DNA from: the human T2T-CHM13v2.0 reference genome, Homo sapiens
Strand: one strand, 5' to 3'
Length of the DNA stretch: 64,000 bases
Assembly (NCBI RefSeq): GCF_009914755.1
Contig: NC_060944.1
The position numbers and the translations under genes are program-made. The first letter of the stretch is position 1. Each line of letters begins with the position of its first letter. Positions 1 through 13,510 of the stretch are shown one piece after another. The notes beneath the pieces are model-generated. The model did not search any database and had not been told where the DNA came from. It saw only the letters and a program-made list of their open reading frames with translations.

Positions 1-334
1 TTCTGACTGACATGTGTGACAGTTGCTCATTCACCAATAACAACTCTAGCCTCGCTTTCATTCTCTCGCCTTTCAGATAGAAATTATAAATATATAGCCA
101 GCCAGTGAACTGCTCCCACTTCTTAACAGCATCCAACCCAGAACTGGTCCCTGCTTCCTTAGAGTCATCTCAGGCACAAGCTCAAATGCAGTGAGAAGCC
201 ACTCCCATCTTCCTGTCACTAAGATGCCCACGGTTCTTCTGCAGTGTCCTCCCTCTCCCATCTCAGCAAGCTAAAGAAACCTAACTCTGAGCACGAGTGT
301 GTTCTGGGTGGTCTTGGATCAGCAGACATTAACA
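1..334 (+). mobile_element. 3' part of an ERV1-class solo LTR (MER34/MER39-like), in SPTLC3 last intron
   Basis: Ends GTGTGTTCTGGGTGGTCTTGG...CATTAACA, resembling the MER34/MER39 3' terminus; truncated by window start. Confidence 0.5.
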
Positions 335-410
335 TAAATTCTTTATAAATGATCTATGCAATACCAATATATTACGTACATTATATAAGAGACACACAAA
401 TAAAAGTTTA

Positions 411-869
<459 letters not shown>

Positions 870-1254
870 CTATCCCAGAGAGGTGTCATTTTAAAGATAA
901 CTTTGGTTACTTTTTCTTAGTACTGAGATTTGATGTAGGAAATTTAGAAAAACAGGGAAGAACATTTTAAATACTCATACTCCTACCACCAAGAAATCAA
1001 TTACTGTTAACAAGTTGGAGGAAATCTTAATTAATGTCAGTTTGAAAGATTTCCCAAAGAGGAAAGTCCATAAGATCTATTAGTCACCCATTCTAACATT
1101 AACAACCCTCACCTTACCTTTTCAAAGCATTAGACCCTAATATTATCTTCCTCCTCATTTGGCAGGTTAAGAAAAACAGGCTCAGAAAGGTTAAAAAGGC
1201 ATGACCAATACCACAGGATTGGTGATATACTAGAATTGAAAATGACCTTTTTTT

Positions 1255-1467
1255 TATTTTATTATTAATATACTTTAAGTTTTAGGGTACATGTGCACAA
1301 CGTGCAGGTTTGTTACATATGTATACATGTGCCATGTTGGTGTGCTGCACCCATTAACTCGTCATTTAGCATTAGGTATATCTCCTAATGCTATCCCTCC
1401 CCACTCCCCCCATCCCACAACAGTCCCTGGTGTGTGATGTTCCCCTTCCTGTGTCCATGTGTTCTCA
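1255..1467 (-). mobile_element. Severely 5'-truncated young L1PA (L1PA3/4-like) 3' end
   Basis: TACTTTAAGTTTTAGGGTACATGTGCACAACGTGCAGG... L1PA 3' UTR; TSD GAAAATGACCTTTTTTT at 1238-1254 and 1468-1484. Confidence 0.93.
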
Positions 1468-2103
1468 GAAAATGACCTTTTTTTACTTCCTGGATCTCAT
1501 TTGTTTCATGTGCAAAATGGGGGATACATGTACCCACCTAAAGTAAGAGAGTTGAAACAGACAAGTTCTCAGTCCCTGTGAGTTAAGTTCTAGTATTTTC
1601 TGGGACACAGAGATGAGTATTTAAAAGCAGGAGGCCTGGGGTAGCATGAGAGGACAGAGGATGATGTTAATCAGCTCCCGCAACATTCCTCTTTGTTCTT
1701 GGCCAGGTGATTTGCTGTGTCATGAAGATATAACTTCAAATGCATTCTGCAACCTTATCTTTTTCTTCCACAAGACTACATATAAGTCACTACATTTTAA
1801 AATAAAACCTTTTAAGGGTAAGCATGGGTCACATGTTTTTATTCTTCTCTTCACACTCTCAAAATAAAATAAACATTCATAGTATGGAGTTAGACCACTA
1901 AATAAAATTAATTAGCATCTAACATTCCTCTAGGGTCTTAAACCACAACCTAATGGTACGGATCTTGCTTCTTTTCTTTAAAATCAAAGAAGCTAGCAAA
2001 CTAAGACTGTGTGTCTTTGTGAGGCTTGCTATTAATCTGGGCTCTGCAAAGCAGGGCTACTTAGGTGTTCAATGATAGCTATTGGAAAGCAATCTCATTG
2101 CAG

Positions 2104-2217
2104 GTTTTAGAAGCTCTTGATGAAATGGGTGATCTCTTGCAACTGAAATATTCCCGGCACAAGAAGTCAGCACGTCCTGAGCTCTATGATGAGACGAGCT
2201 TTGAACTCGAAGATTAA
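2104..2217 (+). CDS. SPTLC3: Serine palmitoyltransferase long chain base subunit 3, terminal coding exon
   Basis: After acceptor TTGCAG|G (AG 2102-2103) reads VLEALDEMGDLLQLKYSRHKKSARPELYDETSFELED* (TAA 2215-2217), the SPTLC3 C-terminus; absent from the ORF track because it is short and spliced. Confidence 0.95.
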   Translation, partial: VLEALDEMGDLLQLKYSRHKKSARPELYDETSFELED

Positions 2218-2448
2218 GTTTCCTGGTCCTGAATGACACATAAAGACTTTGCGAGAAAGACCTCCCTCCTTGCCTCACAAGGAATATAAATGGATTTCTC
2301 CCCCTTCCTCAGGACAATTTTGGTTCCCAGACCAGCTTGATTGAACTGAGGGAGACGTTGTTGTTTTTAATGTCTCCAGCTTGGACTGCAGAGACAAAAA
2401 CATGATTCCAGATTTAAGTCTCTCTTCTTCCAAGTATTCTACTAGAAA

Positions 2449-2470
2449 TACACACACACACACACACACA
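2449..2470 (+). repeat. (AC)n microsatellite
   Basis: Direct reading. Confidence 0.9.
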
Positions 2471-3921
2471 CTTCTGAGAATATTTTTAATGGCAATAAGC
2501 CTGTGTTTTAGCTGCTACTGTGCAGACCCTTTCAGGGATTCCAACCAAATGCAAATGAGAGAATTTAAAATTTTTATTCAGTAAGTTCACTATGTGTTTA
2601 CTTATTCCATCTGCAGATGTAAGTGAGTGTGGTGGACAGTAGCCACCTTCCTTGTTCCACTCATAAAAGCATCAGCTAGATCTCATCTGTATCATGGGAA
2701 GTTCCAGGCAGGAGGGTAAAGAAATGTTGTTTCTACCATTTGTCACATTTGGACGTTTTTCACAGACAAGTGTCAAAAGACATAGTTAATGTTTCGAGGG
2801 GGAAAGCAGAACTGATCAACTGCGACTAGAGACGTCTTTGAAGGAAATTTTCCTTTTCCTCTTGCTGGTCTCCTACAGTTTTACAGCTGAGCTTTTGAGG
2901 TTTGGAAAATTCAAGATGTTTGTTTCATAAGAAAAGGGGCAGAAAGCAAGCACAAGACACTTTTAGGTCTAGACTAAAATGGTAGTTACAACAATTTGAA
3001 CCTTGTTGGTGCAGTGTACGGTGAATGCTTACCCTGCACAGCCTCTATTACCTTAAGGAATTAGTTGTCATTTTCCTATTGAATTTTGAGTAAATGGTGA
3101 AATTCAGTGTCCTTTAGAATCGACTCCCAAGACTATATTTGAAGAATGCATTGATTCAAGAAGGACATTTAAAAGCAAATTCTGACTTTTTCAAGACCAA
3201 CACACTTGTTTAGGCCTATTAAATTGTACTATCACTTGTTACATGCCCTCTGAATTGGGAGAAAGTGGGCTTGCACACTTTGAGGTAACTAACTGTAATT
3301 TACTTGTGTTCTCTCTTTCTTGCTCTCCTTCTCAACATGAACACAAACCTCTATGGAAAAGTAGCCTCTTGTTAATCTGATCTAGTTTGTATGGAAAAAG
3401 CCCATGGAGAACCTTATCTTTAACAAGCTCCCAGAGGGTGCCCAGATTTGGAAATTCTAGAGAGCAGTGGTGACCTTTTAGCAAAGCTTCTGTAACAGTT
3501 CGAATGAGTTGCAGAACATTCCACTCCATCAAATGACACTGTAAACAAATCACTTCAAGAGAGGCTTGGTTTTGTGTGGCACAGATGGACCCAAGCTTTC
3601 ATGCTGTGCACTGAGATAGAAACTCCACCCGCAGCGCCTGCGATGGATGGAGCAGTGTGCCCTGATGCTCAAAGCGTATTAAAGGAAAAAAAGTGATCAG
3701 CATGGAAAGTTTTTATGGGGAAATTATAACTCCAAGTGGGTGCATTGGTTTAAAAATGGATCACAATGATAGAGTTCTTCATGAATGTTTACAAGTTGTA
3801 AGGAATACCGTTAGTGAAAGAGGAAAAGAAGTGGGTTCTGAAAATGCAGTTTCCCATCCAATGATTTTGATAACAAAATTCCAACTTTTCTCAATGAAAC
3901 TGATGCAGTATTATTTGTGCA

Positions 3922-4130
3922 AATAAAATGTGTCATAAATATGCAAAGAAAGGGAGACATACTGTTCTTATCTTGAATATGTGCATTTAAATGAATTGTC
4001 CAAAATGCATAAATGCCTTGCGTTCTATAAAGGAAACAGGAGGTCAAAAAGACAGCGAGATATCTAGTCCTTCCACAAGGTATGGAAAGCAATAAACATC
4101 TTCCTTTCTTTCTGGATCTGTCTGTGATCT
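3922..4130 (+). terminator. Candidate proximal SPTLC3 polyadenylation signals
   Basis: AATAAA at 3922-3927 and 4091-4096; the second is followed by a U/GU-rich tract. Confidence 0.45.
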
Positions 4131-5089
4131 TTACACACACCTTCACATCTACACTTCAAGTTTTAAGCCCCTAGACATGTGTCTTCATGAGCAGGAATGT
4201 CCACTATTATTACTTTCATGGAGGATATTGGGTCTAATTCATTGTGGGAAACTACTTACCTACCCAGCATGGAAGGCAGGGAGGAAGTTAGTCTCTTTTC
4301 ATCAAGATTCAAGAGTACAGGGGCAATTTATTACACTGCAATGTACAAAACAAAAGGACCTGTTTCTGTTAGAGAGTCCATGTTGAATATACAGGTATGA
4401 GAACAACTGTTGATATACAGGTATAATCCAAGTAGAATGCTTCCACAGTGCATTAGAAGGTGCCCAAGCTCCACAGGGCCAATAATATTAGAGTATATGT
4501 CATATAGAATAAGGTTAATTAGGAGGGTGATTGTGAATAATGAGATTTTTAATTTTTTTAAGAAAAAGCTCTCAAATGCTAGGCTAATAAGTTCATGATT
4601 TTAATTCATGATTTTAATTCATGATTAAAATTATTTGATTATTGAGTCTTGATAATTATATCATCAACCATTACCCTCTACATCACCGCCCCGACCTTAG
4701 CTCTAATTATATCAGAGCCAAAAATGTGTCTTTGGTTAGATCTGTTGGAAAAGAGAATTTTCTATAATGTTATGCGCACTCAGCCCTTCTGTTCACATTT
4801 ACACACATGCACACACACATACACATATGCATTTTTCCTTTACGGAGTAAGCAACTATGAAAATCTGGTTGGTTGAGAAATAAATGGAAGATGTTCTTGA
4901 AAATGACCTCAGGAAAGCAGAAGATAAAGGTTCCAGATGATATTTGTAAGGAGGCTATCTCTGTATAATAAGGAAATGGCATAGACTTATTCCTAATCTC
5001 ATTATGAAACGATGGTGTCATGGACGTTTAACCATATTGCCTTTCAGCATGCTTTGATTTTACAGAGACGACAGGCTTTGGAATTTACT

Positions 5090-5228
5090 AGGAAGCTGGC
5101 TAAAATCCATACCCCTAGGCCCTACACCAGACCTTTACTGAAACATAATAGTTGTAGTGCCCAGGAATCTACATTTTTAACCAGCCTTCCTGCGTGATTC
5201 TAATCTATGCCAAAATTTAAGAACATTA
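5090..5228. mobile_element. MER5A-like hAT-Charlie DNA transposon relic
   Basis: GGCCCTACACCAGACC...CCCAGGAATCTACATTTTTAACCAGC...GTGATTCTAAT pattern. Confidence 0.65.
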
Positions 5229-5519
5229 TTCAAACTCTAATTTGATAAACCAATTGACTCTAATAGCAGGAACCTTGTTCTGATTCTCTTGTTCATAATT
5301 AAGTGTATATATACTGGTAAAATTAATTTATTCCACAGTCAACCTTCTCTTCTCATTGGGACATTTTGTTCCCATTTTCCAAGTAACTTCTCTTTCTACA
5401 AAAATTGATCCAATATTGAAGAACCATCTGCGATTCATTTGGGTAAAATTATGCCTTCTTCAGTTTTCTGTATCATTCCCTATAAGATGCCCATTTGCTT
5501 TGAATGTGGTATCTTTCTT

Positions 5520-5896
<377 letters not shown>

Positions 5897-6292
5897 TTAT
5901 TTATTCCAACAACAGCTCTTCAGTAGGGTAAAAGTCTTAACAGTTCTTCAAACGAACAATATTCTTTTGTATTTTTCTTCAGAGATAGCAAATGTTATAA
6001 ATGGCCTACTCTGATTTAAAAACCTAAGTTCCGATGATGATGAAACATTAACTCTTAAATATACATTTTGATTTATAGCAATAATAACAATTGTAACAAC
6101 AGCAATTAAGAACAGCATCTGGTGAATTCTTGGCAATGTTTCCTGGTCTCAAAACAGTAAGAACAATTTGAAGTCTGTTCTTTAGAATGCCCTACTCAGC
6201 TGCATAATGTTTAGAAAATTAAAGAGTCTGTATTTTAAATATTTTTAGGTAATTATTGCGGGACATTGTCTTATGGTGTCCTGATGTACGTG

Positions 6293-6342
6293 GGGTGTGC
6301 ATGTGTGTGTGTGTGTGTGTGCATGTGTCTTTGTGTGTGTGA
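6293..6342 (+). repeat. Interrupted (TG)n
   Basis: Direct reading. Confidence 0.85.
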
Positions 6343-6423
6343 GAAGGACAGAGAGAAATGTTTCACTGAAACATTTGAAACGACCAATTTCACTTTATTG
6401 TGCCTGTAAAATGTTAGTTTTAA

Positions 6424-6480
6424 AATAAATAAAAATAATATGAAAATAATTGATGGTTTTCTGTTGATTTAGTTTAGGTT
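6424..6480 (+). terminator. Candidate distal SPTLC3 polyadenylation signal
   Basis: Overlapping AATAAA at 6424-6429 and 6428-6433, upstream TGTA, downstream GU-rich TGATGGTTTTCTGTTGATTT. Confidence 0.5.
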
Positions 6481-6992
6481 ACCCTGAAAAAAGACTGAGG
6501 TAGAGATTTGTATTTAGGAATTCCACTGGGAAAATTGGTAGGGGTGGCTGGAGCTGGCTTGCACTGTGATAAGAACTAATTGTGCACATTTCTTTCTAAT
6601 TCCTCATTCAGTGACATCAGATTGGTAGCTTGAAATTGGCCACAATGGGAGTATTTACACCATGGAAATTGGCAGACACTACAAGTCAGGGCTCTAGAGA
6701 GCTGTCTGTTAAACATTTACTAGCACACCACTGAGACCACCTACAATGGTACAATACAAACGTAAGAGTAAAGGAACAGGATTGGAAAGAGGAAGAATTT
6801 GAACTATGATGTTATCATAGCAAAGGCCTCAGCCAATTCCATGGAAACTGGGCAACTGAGATGGTCCTTTAGGGTCAAGTCAAAATGACAAGGATGCCAG
6901 ATGCAAGCTATCAGTAGAGGTGTGGGGCCAGGCATTACCTTGGGCAGGTCTGTTGAGCTGACAACAATGCCTGGGAAGGGACTCAGCTGTGA
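6465..6992 (-). mobile_element. Ancient ERVL-type solo LTR interrupted by MER63A
   Basis: TAGGTTACCCTGAAAAAAGACTGAGGTAGAGATTTG... and GGATTGGAAAGAGGAAGAATTTGAACTATGATG...GGCCTCAGCCAAT; exact family uncertain. Confidence 0.55.
6538..6733 (+). mobile_element. MER63A (hAT-Blackjack)
   Basis: GCTGGAGCTGGCTT...TTCAGTGACATCAGATTGGTAGCTTGAAATTGGCC...GTTAAACATTTACTAGCACACCACTG. Confidence 0.85.
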
Positions 6993-7029
6993 TTTATTAT
7001 TTTTTAAATGATTTCTAATTGATCCATTT

Positions 7030-7250
7030 TTTTTAAAGTTTTATATCAGAAAATGTTAAACATACGTAAAATCGAATAGTATAATGAGCCCACATGCACC
7101 TATTACCCAGCTTCAAACATTACCAATTTATGGCCAGTCTTTTCTTCTATTCCCCAACCCATTTCACTCCCTCTCTCACCAGATTGCTTTGAAGCACATC
7201 CCAGAAATCATATTATCAGTAAACATTTTACTGAGTATCTCTAAAAGGAA
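7030..7250 (-). mobile_element. Ancient L1 (L1MC-like) 3' fragment
   Basis: GTATAATGAGCCCACATGCACCTATTACCCAGCTTCAA...TTTGAAGCACATCCCAGA. Confidence 0.6.
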
Positions 7251-8999
7251 GGGGTGTCTTAATTTATTCTTCTTTTCAACCTCATTAAAAGATAAGTCTT
7301 CAGGATAACAAAGGCATCAAAAGGAGTCAAATGTTAACCTTTTCTTTCCCTATTGTATAGCCTGCATGTAAATTCCCTGGATTAAAACTAGAAATTATTT
7401 CTAAAGTCAATACGTGGTGTCTTGAAGGACAATAAAGCAATCATTTTTAGACACTTACCACATGCCAGACACGATATTAAGAACTGCAACATTATCTTCC
7501 AAGTACTCTTGTAGAGATTAATAATGGCTTCATCTTGGAAGGCAAGTATATTCAAGTTATGAGGGGATTAACAGTGCATAAAGAGGACTTCCAAGACTTT
7601 GATGGTAGATTGTTTTTTCTTAGAATGTTTATCCTCTTCCTTATCAAATCAATTTTCTTAAAAAGTTATTTTAGCTAAACGTTATATATTAGCAGGAGTA
7701 ATTCAATCAAGAATAAGGGAACAAGTGAAACCAGTTTCATTTGGAAAAGGTTGATTCCCATGCCAATCTGGGTTTAATGTAGGGACTGGTTATTCTAATT
7801 TTCATTGCATCCTGTGGTCCAAATGGGAGGCTGAATTCTGACATTTGCAAGTCAACTGCTCTGAGAAGTTATCACAGATACAAACCAATAAAATATCCAA
7901 CAACAGAAGTTCAGAATAGGAGCAAAAGGAGACTTTGTTTTGCTGTGGCATATAACAGCGCTCCCTTTTATTCAGCCCAGCTGCTAATTTTTATATCAAA
8001 AGTATTGATTGAAGGGGCTAGTGGTTTTGGCCCTCACCCAAGTTTATTCAAGATCTTTCTTAATTAGGTTTGGGTCGGCTGCAGTGCCCATGGCCAGGGA
8101 TAGGTCTGGCTCCAATCATCACATCGTGCTCTTACTTCATTATGGGCCAAGAACTAAGGCAAGGAAATGGCTGCTGCTTTGTTTCTCCAGCCCAAATGTG
8201 TGGGGTTTTTTCCCAGATCTGAAGCATGCGTGGACTAAAGGCATAAGGAAGACCAAAGGATGTGTAATGGCTTCGCTGTGATGAAATCAATCTACCCTAC
8301 AACTTAACTATGACCCCAGCATGAATAAGGCTCTGTGTGTGAAAAGTGAATGGGTAGCAATGTGGGGTCATGGAAAATGCTCCTGGCATCATTTGAATAA
8401 AAACTTTTCAACAGGCTGATGCAGCCAATCAGTCTATCAGTTTTTTTGCCCTTTTAAGGGCAAAATAATCTCTGCCAACAATACATGATTTCCCCTTAAT
8501 GTGTCTGTTTTGTAAATAATTGTGGTTGTCATACAACTATTTTTATAGTGTCCATCTCAATTTTATATAATTTACACCAGTCTTTTAAAAAAACGTTATA
8601 CATGTAAAGCTTCAATTAATCATAGCCACAAATTATAAGCACCTGTAACAAAATAGGTTTCTTTCATATATAAAAATGTGTTAATATTTTAAAATGAAAT
8701 TCAGTTCCCTCTAAAATATTTTCAACAAAATATCCATGAAGAGTTTTTAACTCTAAAAAAATTATCAAATAAAACTTCAAAATATAGATTTTTAAGCGAT
8801 GTATTAATGAGACAATTCTAAGTGGGACCAATCAAAGTTAAAGATTTCCTATATAGATGAGGCTATAACTGCTATATACAGTCAATGTAACAGGTACATA
8901 ATATAGAAAAATGAAAATATTTTATTAAAGTGGGTCCATTTCTAGTAAGATGAAAACTAACATTTTCAAAAGTTACACTGATTATTTGAGCATCTATTG

Positions 9000-10260
9000 T
9001 TTCTAATAGCGAATTAGAGAGGAAGTATGACTGGTATTGACATCAGTCAACATGGCTCTCGATTGTGAATAGAAATAGAAAGCCAGAGATTACCAGTTAT
9101 TTGATGAAAACCAGCAATACCAAAGTGGGTAGCCAAGGAGAAAAAAATGAGAAATATCTTACTGACTGAAACAGACAATTCCTGGAAAAGTTAACTTTTT
9201 AAAAGTTCTAATTATGATCTTTGTAGGTCAACCTGATTGTATAAAGAAATTACATCCACAAAACAAGAATAGGCTGATATGTAAAGGAACCCAGAGTTTA
9301 TAAAAATTAAAAATATGTAATATTAAAGTGGTGAAAATCAATAGAAAGCAAAGAAGAAAAAATCTTTGAATCTCAGAATATAAAGCAAAGGCCAGAAAAA
9401 AATAGAAAACATGAGAAAAAATGTAAAACGACAAAGAGGATACATACAGGAGGAACAATATCCATCTAATAAAAACTTGAGAAAGCATTATAATCCCTGA
9501 GGCTGAAACAAAATGGAAGATGAAAATGGACTAGCAAGTGCTAAGCGGATGAATATAAAAAGATTTTTATCTAAATACACCTTCATAAAATTTTTACTAT
9601 CCCAAGGATAAAGGGAAGAACTTAAAATTGTTTTCAGCTAGAAAAAAAATTTTCACCTAAAAAGGTAAAAGTAATTGCTTTTACTACTGAATATTATAAA
9701 CATGGAAAGTTCATACCAATTTTCACATCTGTTAACAGTGTATAAGTTATCCATTTCTCCAATCTGCACCAATACTATTATTATTTTTATAACATTTGTC
9801 AATCTTATAGGATAAAAAGGGGTTCTCTTTCATAAATGATGTCCATTTATAGTGATTTCTTTTCATATATATATACTGGCTGCTTGTATTTGTCTTTTGC
9901 ACATTTGTTTGAATCCCCTGCTACTATTTCTATTGTAAATACCTCATCAGCAATACCAGATACTAGAAGACAACAAAGCACTGCCTTCAGAATTCATAGG
10001 GAAAATACTTTTGAATCTAAAATCCTATGTCCAGAAAAGTCTGTCTAATAAAGGGAGAGTAAAACGGGGATTTTTTTAAATGAAAGATTCAGAAAGTTTA
10101 CTTCAGTACCCTTCCTTTAAAAAATTACTTGATGAATACTTCAATAAACACTTCCAAGTAAAAGAAAGACATAGTATCCAGGAAAGAGTGAAATTAATAT
10201 AATAGTATAATGAAAAGAAATTTTGGAATGATAATTAAGGTAGATTAAATCAAAAGGTGA
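9000..10260. mobile_element. Highly decayed L1M fragments (ORF1-like on +, ORF2-end fragment on -)
   Basis: A-rich; TTTGAATCTAAAATCCTATGTCCAG resembles the ORF1 'PRILYP' coding region; boundaries approximate. Confidence 0.45.
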
Positions 10261-11761
10261 TGGGTAATTTTTTGCTCAAGTCCCACTGGGTGTCCCTGGT
10301 TGCCAAGCAATCTCCTCCACATGGTGTTTCAGGGACCCAGGCTATTTCCAGCCTGTGGCTCCACCAACCCCTAGGACTTTGCCATTGCATGTGTGGTTAT
10401 GGCTCCAGGTTTCAGCCTGGGGAAAAGAAAAAGTGATCATGGAAGAGGGCTCCCTTTACCCTGTATGATGATTGACTTAACTCTGACTCTTTAGACACAT
10501 TGAGAGTGCTGGCAAGCCCTATTTCCAAGATCTCAGGGGAGCATCCAGAGATCTATAAAAAGCAGAATTGCTGCAGAGAATGCCCTAATATCTTAGTTCC
10601 TAGAGATGTAACCCTCCTATCCCAAAGCTGCTCCAACACCAACTTCATTTACTCACATCAGACAGATGAAATCTTATAAGCTTCATCCATTCTCCAGCTA
10701 CAGAACCCAGAGTCATGACCACACAGCCAGTTGGTCAGCAGGTTAGACCAGTTACTTCTTGCGTCATGTCTCATTCTTATCAAGTATGGATGCACTCACC
10801 TAGTTCCTCAGGAAAGATATGCTTACTTCTGTTCACAGTGTACAAGGTGGCTGTAAGATGTGAATGCTCTCAGCAAAGGCACCTTTGAAATGGATGGGCT
10901 AGGCTGGAGGAGGGGGCGTTACAGCAGTGGTTGTCCATCTGCTGTCCTGGCCACAAGAACCATGGGCATGCTAAGTCTGGCCCATATGCTCCTCAGGATA
11001 TGAAAACAGAGGTGATAGGTTTCTCACCTCTGTGATCTTTGCTCTGCCTCTCACATTGTCACACCTCACTTCAAGACCCTCCTGGGTTTCATTAGTGATG
11101 GTGAAAGTGAGCCAACTGGGGATTGGTGTAGGTTTGTTTGGAATTGCCTCTTTTAAAATTTCACTTTCACAGGGTAATAGCCTGGAGTCAACTCTTTGGT
11201 GAAATGCTGGAAAAGAAAAAATATGGTGCACTTTATGGCTTGTTTATCCATCTGCACCTTCCCTGATGCATGTTCCTGGAGTCTCTGCCTTCCTGGGTTG
11301 TGACCTTTCAGAATTTTGTAGCTTGTTCAAAGCTATTCTTCTGTGACAGTTTAAGGACTAGAAGAGAGAGCCACTAAAAATAACAGTGTGCACAACAATT
11401 CATTCCTGCCCCATCCCCAGTGCCGTTCTTCATTTCCACGTCCAGCCTTCAATGTGTATATATGTGAATGATGTGAAAATGAAATTTACATATGGTAGGT
11501 TCTCACCTTGTAGAAGTACGAATTTACAGGTCTGATTTTAGAAAATTATTGTTCATCACATCCCATGGGCATGTTCAGGTCTTTTAAATTTATACTTCTG
11601 AAGTTCATGATTAAATAGATGTTATACATTAAAGAAGAAAAGTTCAAAATGAGAGAGAGGCAACTTGAACATACATTTAGTTAACCAAAGCTTAAAAAAT
11701 AATTTGAAAATTGTCTTAGGCTCATTATAATGATCTTGAATTATACTCTTAAGATATTCCA

Positions 11762-12060
11762 GGCAGGGTGTGGTGGCGCATGCCTGTAATTCCAGCACTT
11801 TGGGAGGCTGAGGTGGATAGATCGCTTGAGCCCAGGAGTTCAAGACCAGCCTGGGCAACGTGGTAAAACCCCATATCTACAAAAAATTTAAAAAATTAGC
11901 CAGGCATAGTGGCATGCGCCTCTAGTTTCAGTTCCTCAGAAGACTGAGGCGGTAGAATCACTTGAGCCTGGGAAGTCGAAGCTGCAGTGAGCCGTAATGC
12001 AGCCACTGTACTCCAGCCTGGGTGACAGAGTGAAACCTTGTCACGAAAAAAAAAAAAAAG
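11762..12060 (+). mobile_element. AluJ
   Basis: GATCGCTTGAGCCCAGGAGTTCAAG and GCTGCAGTGAGC J diagnostics; TSD AGATATTCCA at 11752-11761 and 12061-12070. Confidence 0.95.
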
Positions 12061-12142
12061 AGATATTCCATAGAAGATGAACTTCTTTCATTACGTCTCA
12101 AATTTTCATCTACAAGATGCATTAAAAATGTACAGGTCTCTT

Positions 12143-12496
12143 TGATATGGTTTGGCTGTGTCCCTACCCAAATATCACCTTAAACTGTAATAATCCCCAC
12201 ATGTCATGGGCAGGGTCAGGTGGAGATAATTGAATCATGGGGGCAGTACCCCCATATGGTTCTCATAGTAGTGAATAAGTCTCACGAGATCTAATGGTTT
12301 TATAAATGCAAATTCCCCTGCATAAGCTGTCTTGCCTGCCGCCGTGTAATATGTGACTTTGCTCTTCATTCGCTTTCTGCCATGATTATAAGGCCTCCCC
12401 AGTCATGTGGAACTGTGAGTCAATTATACTCTTTCCTTTATAAATTACCCAGTCTCAGGTATGTCTTTATTAGAAGTGTGAGAACAGACTAATACA
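12143..12496 (+). mobile_element. THE1 (THE1A-like) MaLR solo LTR
   Basis: TGATATGGTTTGGCTGTGTCCC...GAGAACAGACTAATACA, 354 bp; 5-bp TSD CTCTT/CTCCT. Confidence 0.92.
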
Positions 12497-12554
12497 CTCC
12501 TAAACTTGCAATTCTACCTCTGAGAATTTACACTAGAGAAATACTTAAGAACTT

Positions 12555-13510
12555 TAGTTTCTGGAAACATGATGATCTCACCAGAAATCCTCTCATTGCA
12601 AAGTGGAAATACTGGATAAAATGTAAGATTCTTTAAATGTAGGACTGAGCCCACAAGAAAGGAAAATCCCCAGGGATAAAATATGAAGAGGAACCTGAAA
12701 TCATAAGCTGTAATAGCTAAGCTGAAATTCTGGAGGTCTTATGGGTATTTTCTGGTCTTAGTAACAGAGGTTTTTCCCTCTTTGTTCCAGTTTCCTTCCC
12801 ACATAGGGAAAAAAGATGAAGACTTAGGCAACAAAGATAAAGACTTAGGCCAGTGAGAGGTGGGAAGTTAGACTACAAAAATCCACCCAAAGGCATAGAG
12901 CAATGACAAAGAAGCTTTTCTGTCTAGGCTCTAGATGAAAAAAAAATTGAAGTACTCTGAGAAATCATAACCACAGGCCTGACCTCACGAGTTTGGCACT
13001 TAGATTTACACTAGAATTTTCATGGGAAGAGATTAACTTAAACATGTTCTGTGCTGGTAATATCCATTGTGTACCTGGCAGAAGCCATTAGAAAATATCT
13101 CTGAAAGGTCATATTCTTCCACTGGGTTCCCCACTGAGATTCTACAGAAGATGAGCTTAGATCCAAAATTATAAAATGCATGGGGAACAAATGCACTATG
13201 AGAAACAGTAGTAGAAGTAGATCCCAGAAACCATAACAATAGATATCCTCTGATAGACATGAGAAAACATCATGTGTTAATGATTAAAGATATAAAGAAT
13301 GAACTGAAAATATAGGAAAAGATGAGACTGGTTTGGAAAACAGAACTTTTAGAAATGTCAAAATATAATAATTAATAGTAAAAATCAATAGATGGGTTAA
13401 ACAGGAACTTAGACTCACCTTAAGAGAAAATTAGTGAACCATATAAAAGAAAATTATTGAGAATGCAGTCTAAAGAAATAAGGAGATAGGAAATATATAG
13501 GAGAGTTTAA
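12555..13510 (+). mobile_element. Ancient L1M 5' region/ORF1 remnant (resumes briefly after 16430)
   Basis: AAAATCAATAGATGGGTTAAACAGG...GAGAAAATTAGTGAAC ORF1 coiled-coil-like sequence. Confidence 0.55.

Noticed and set aside
12393-12408. THE1 LTR as a PRDM9 hotspot
   Set aside because: Reads CCTCCCCAGTCAT, which does not match the CCNCCNTNNCCNC motif.
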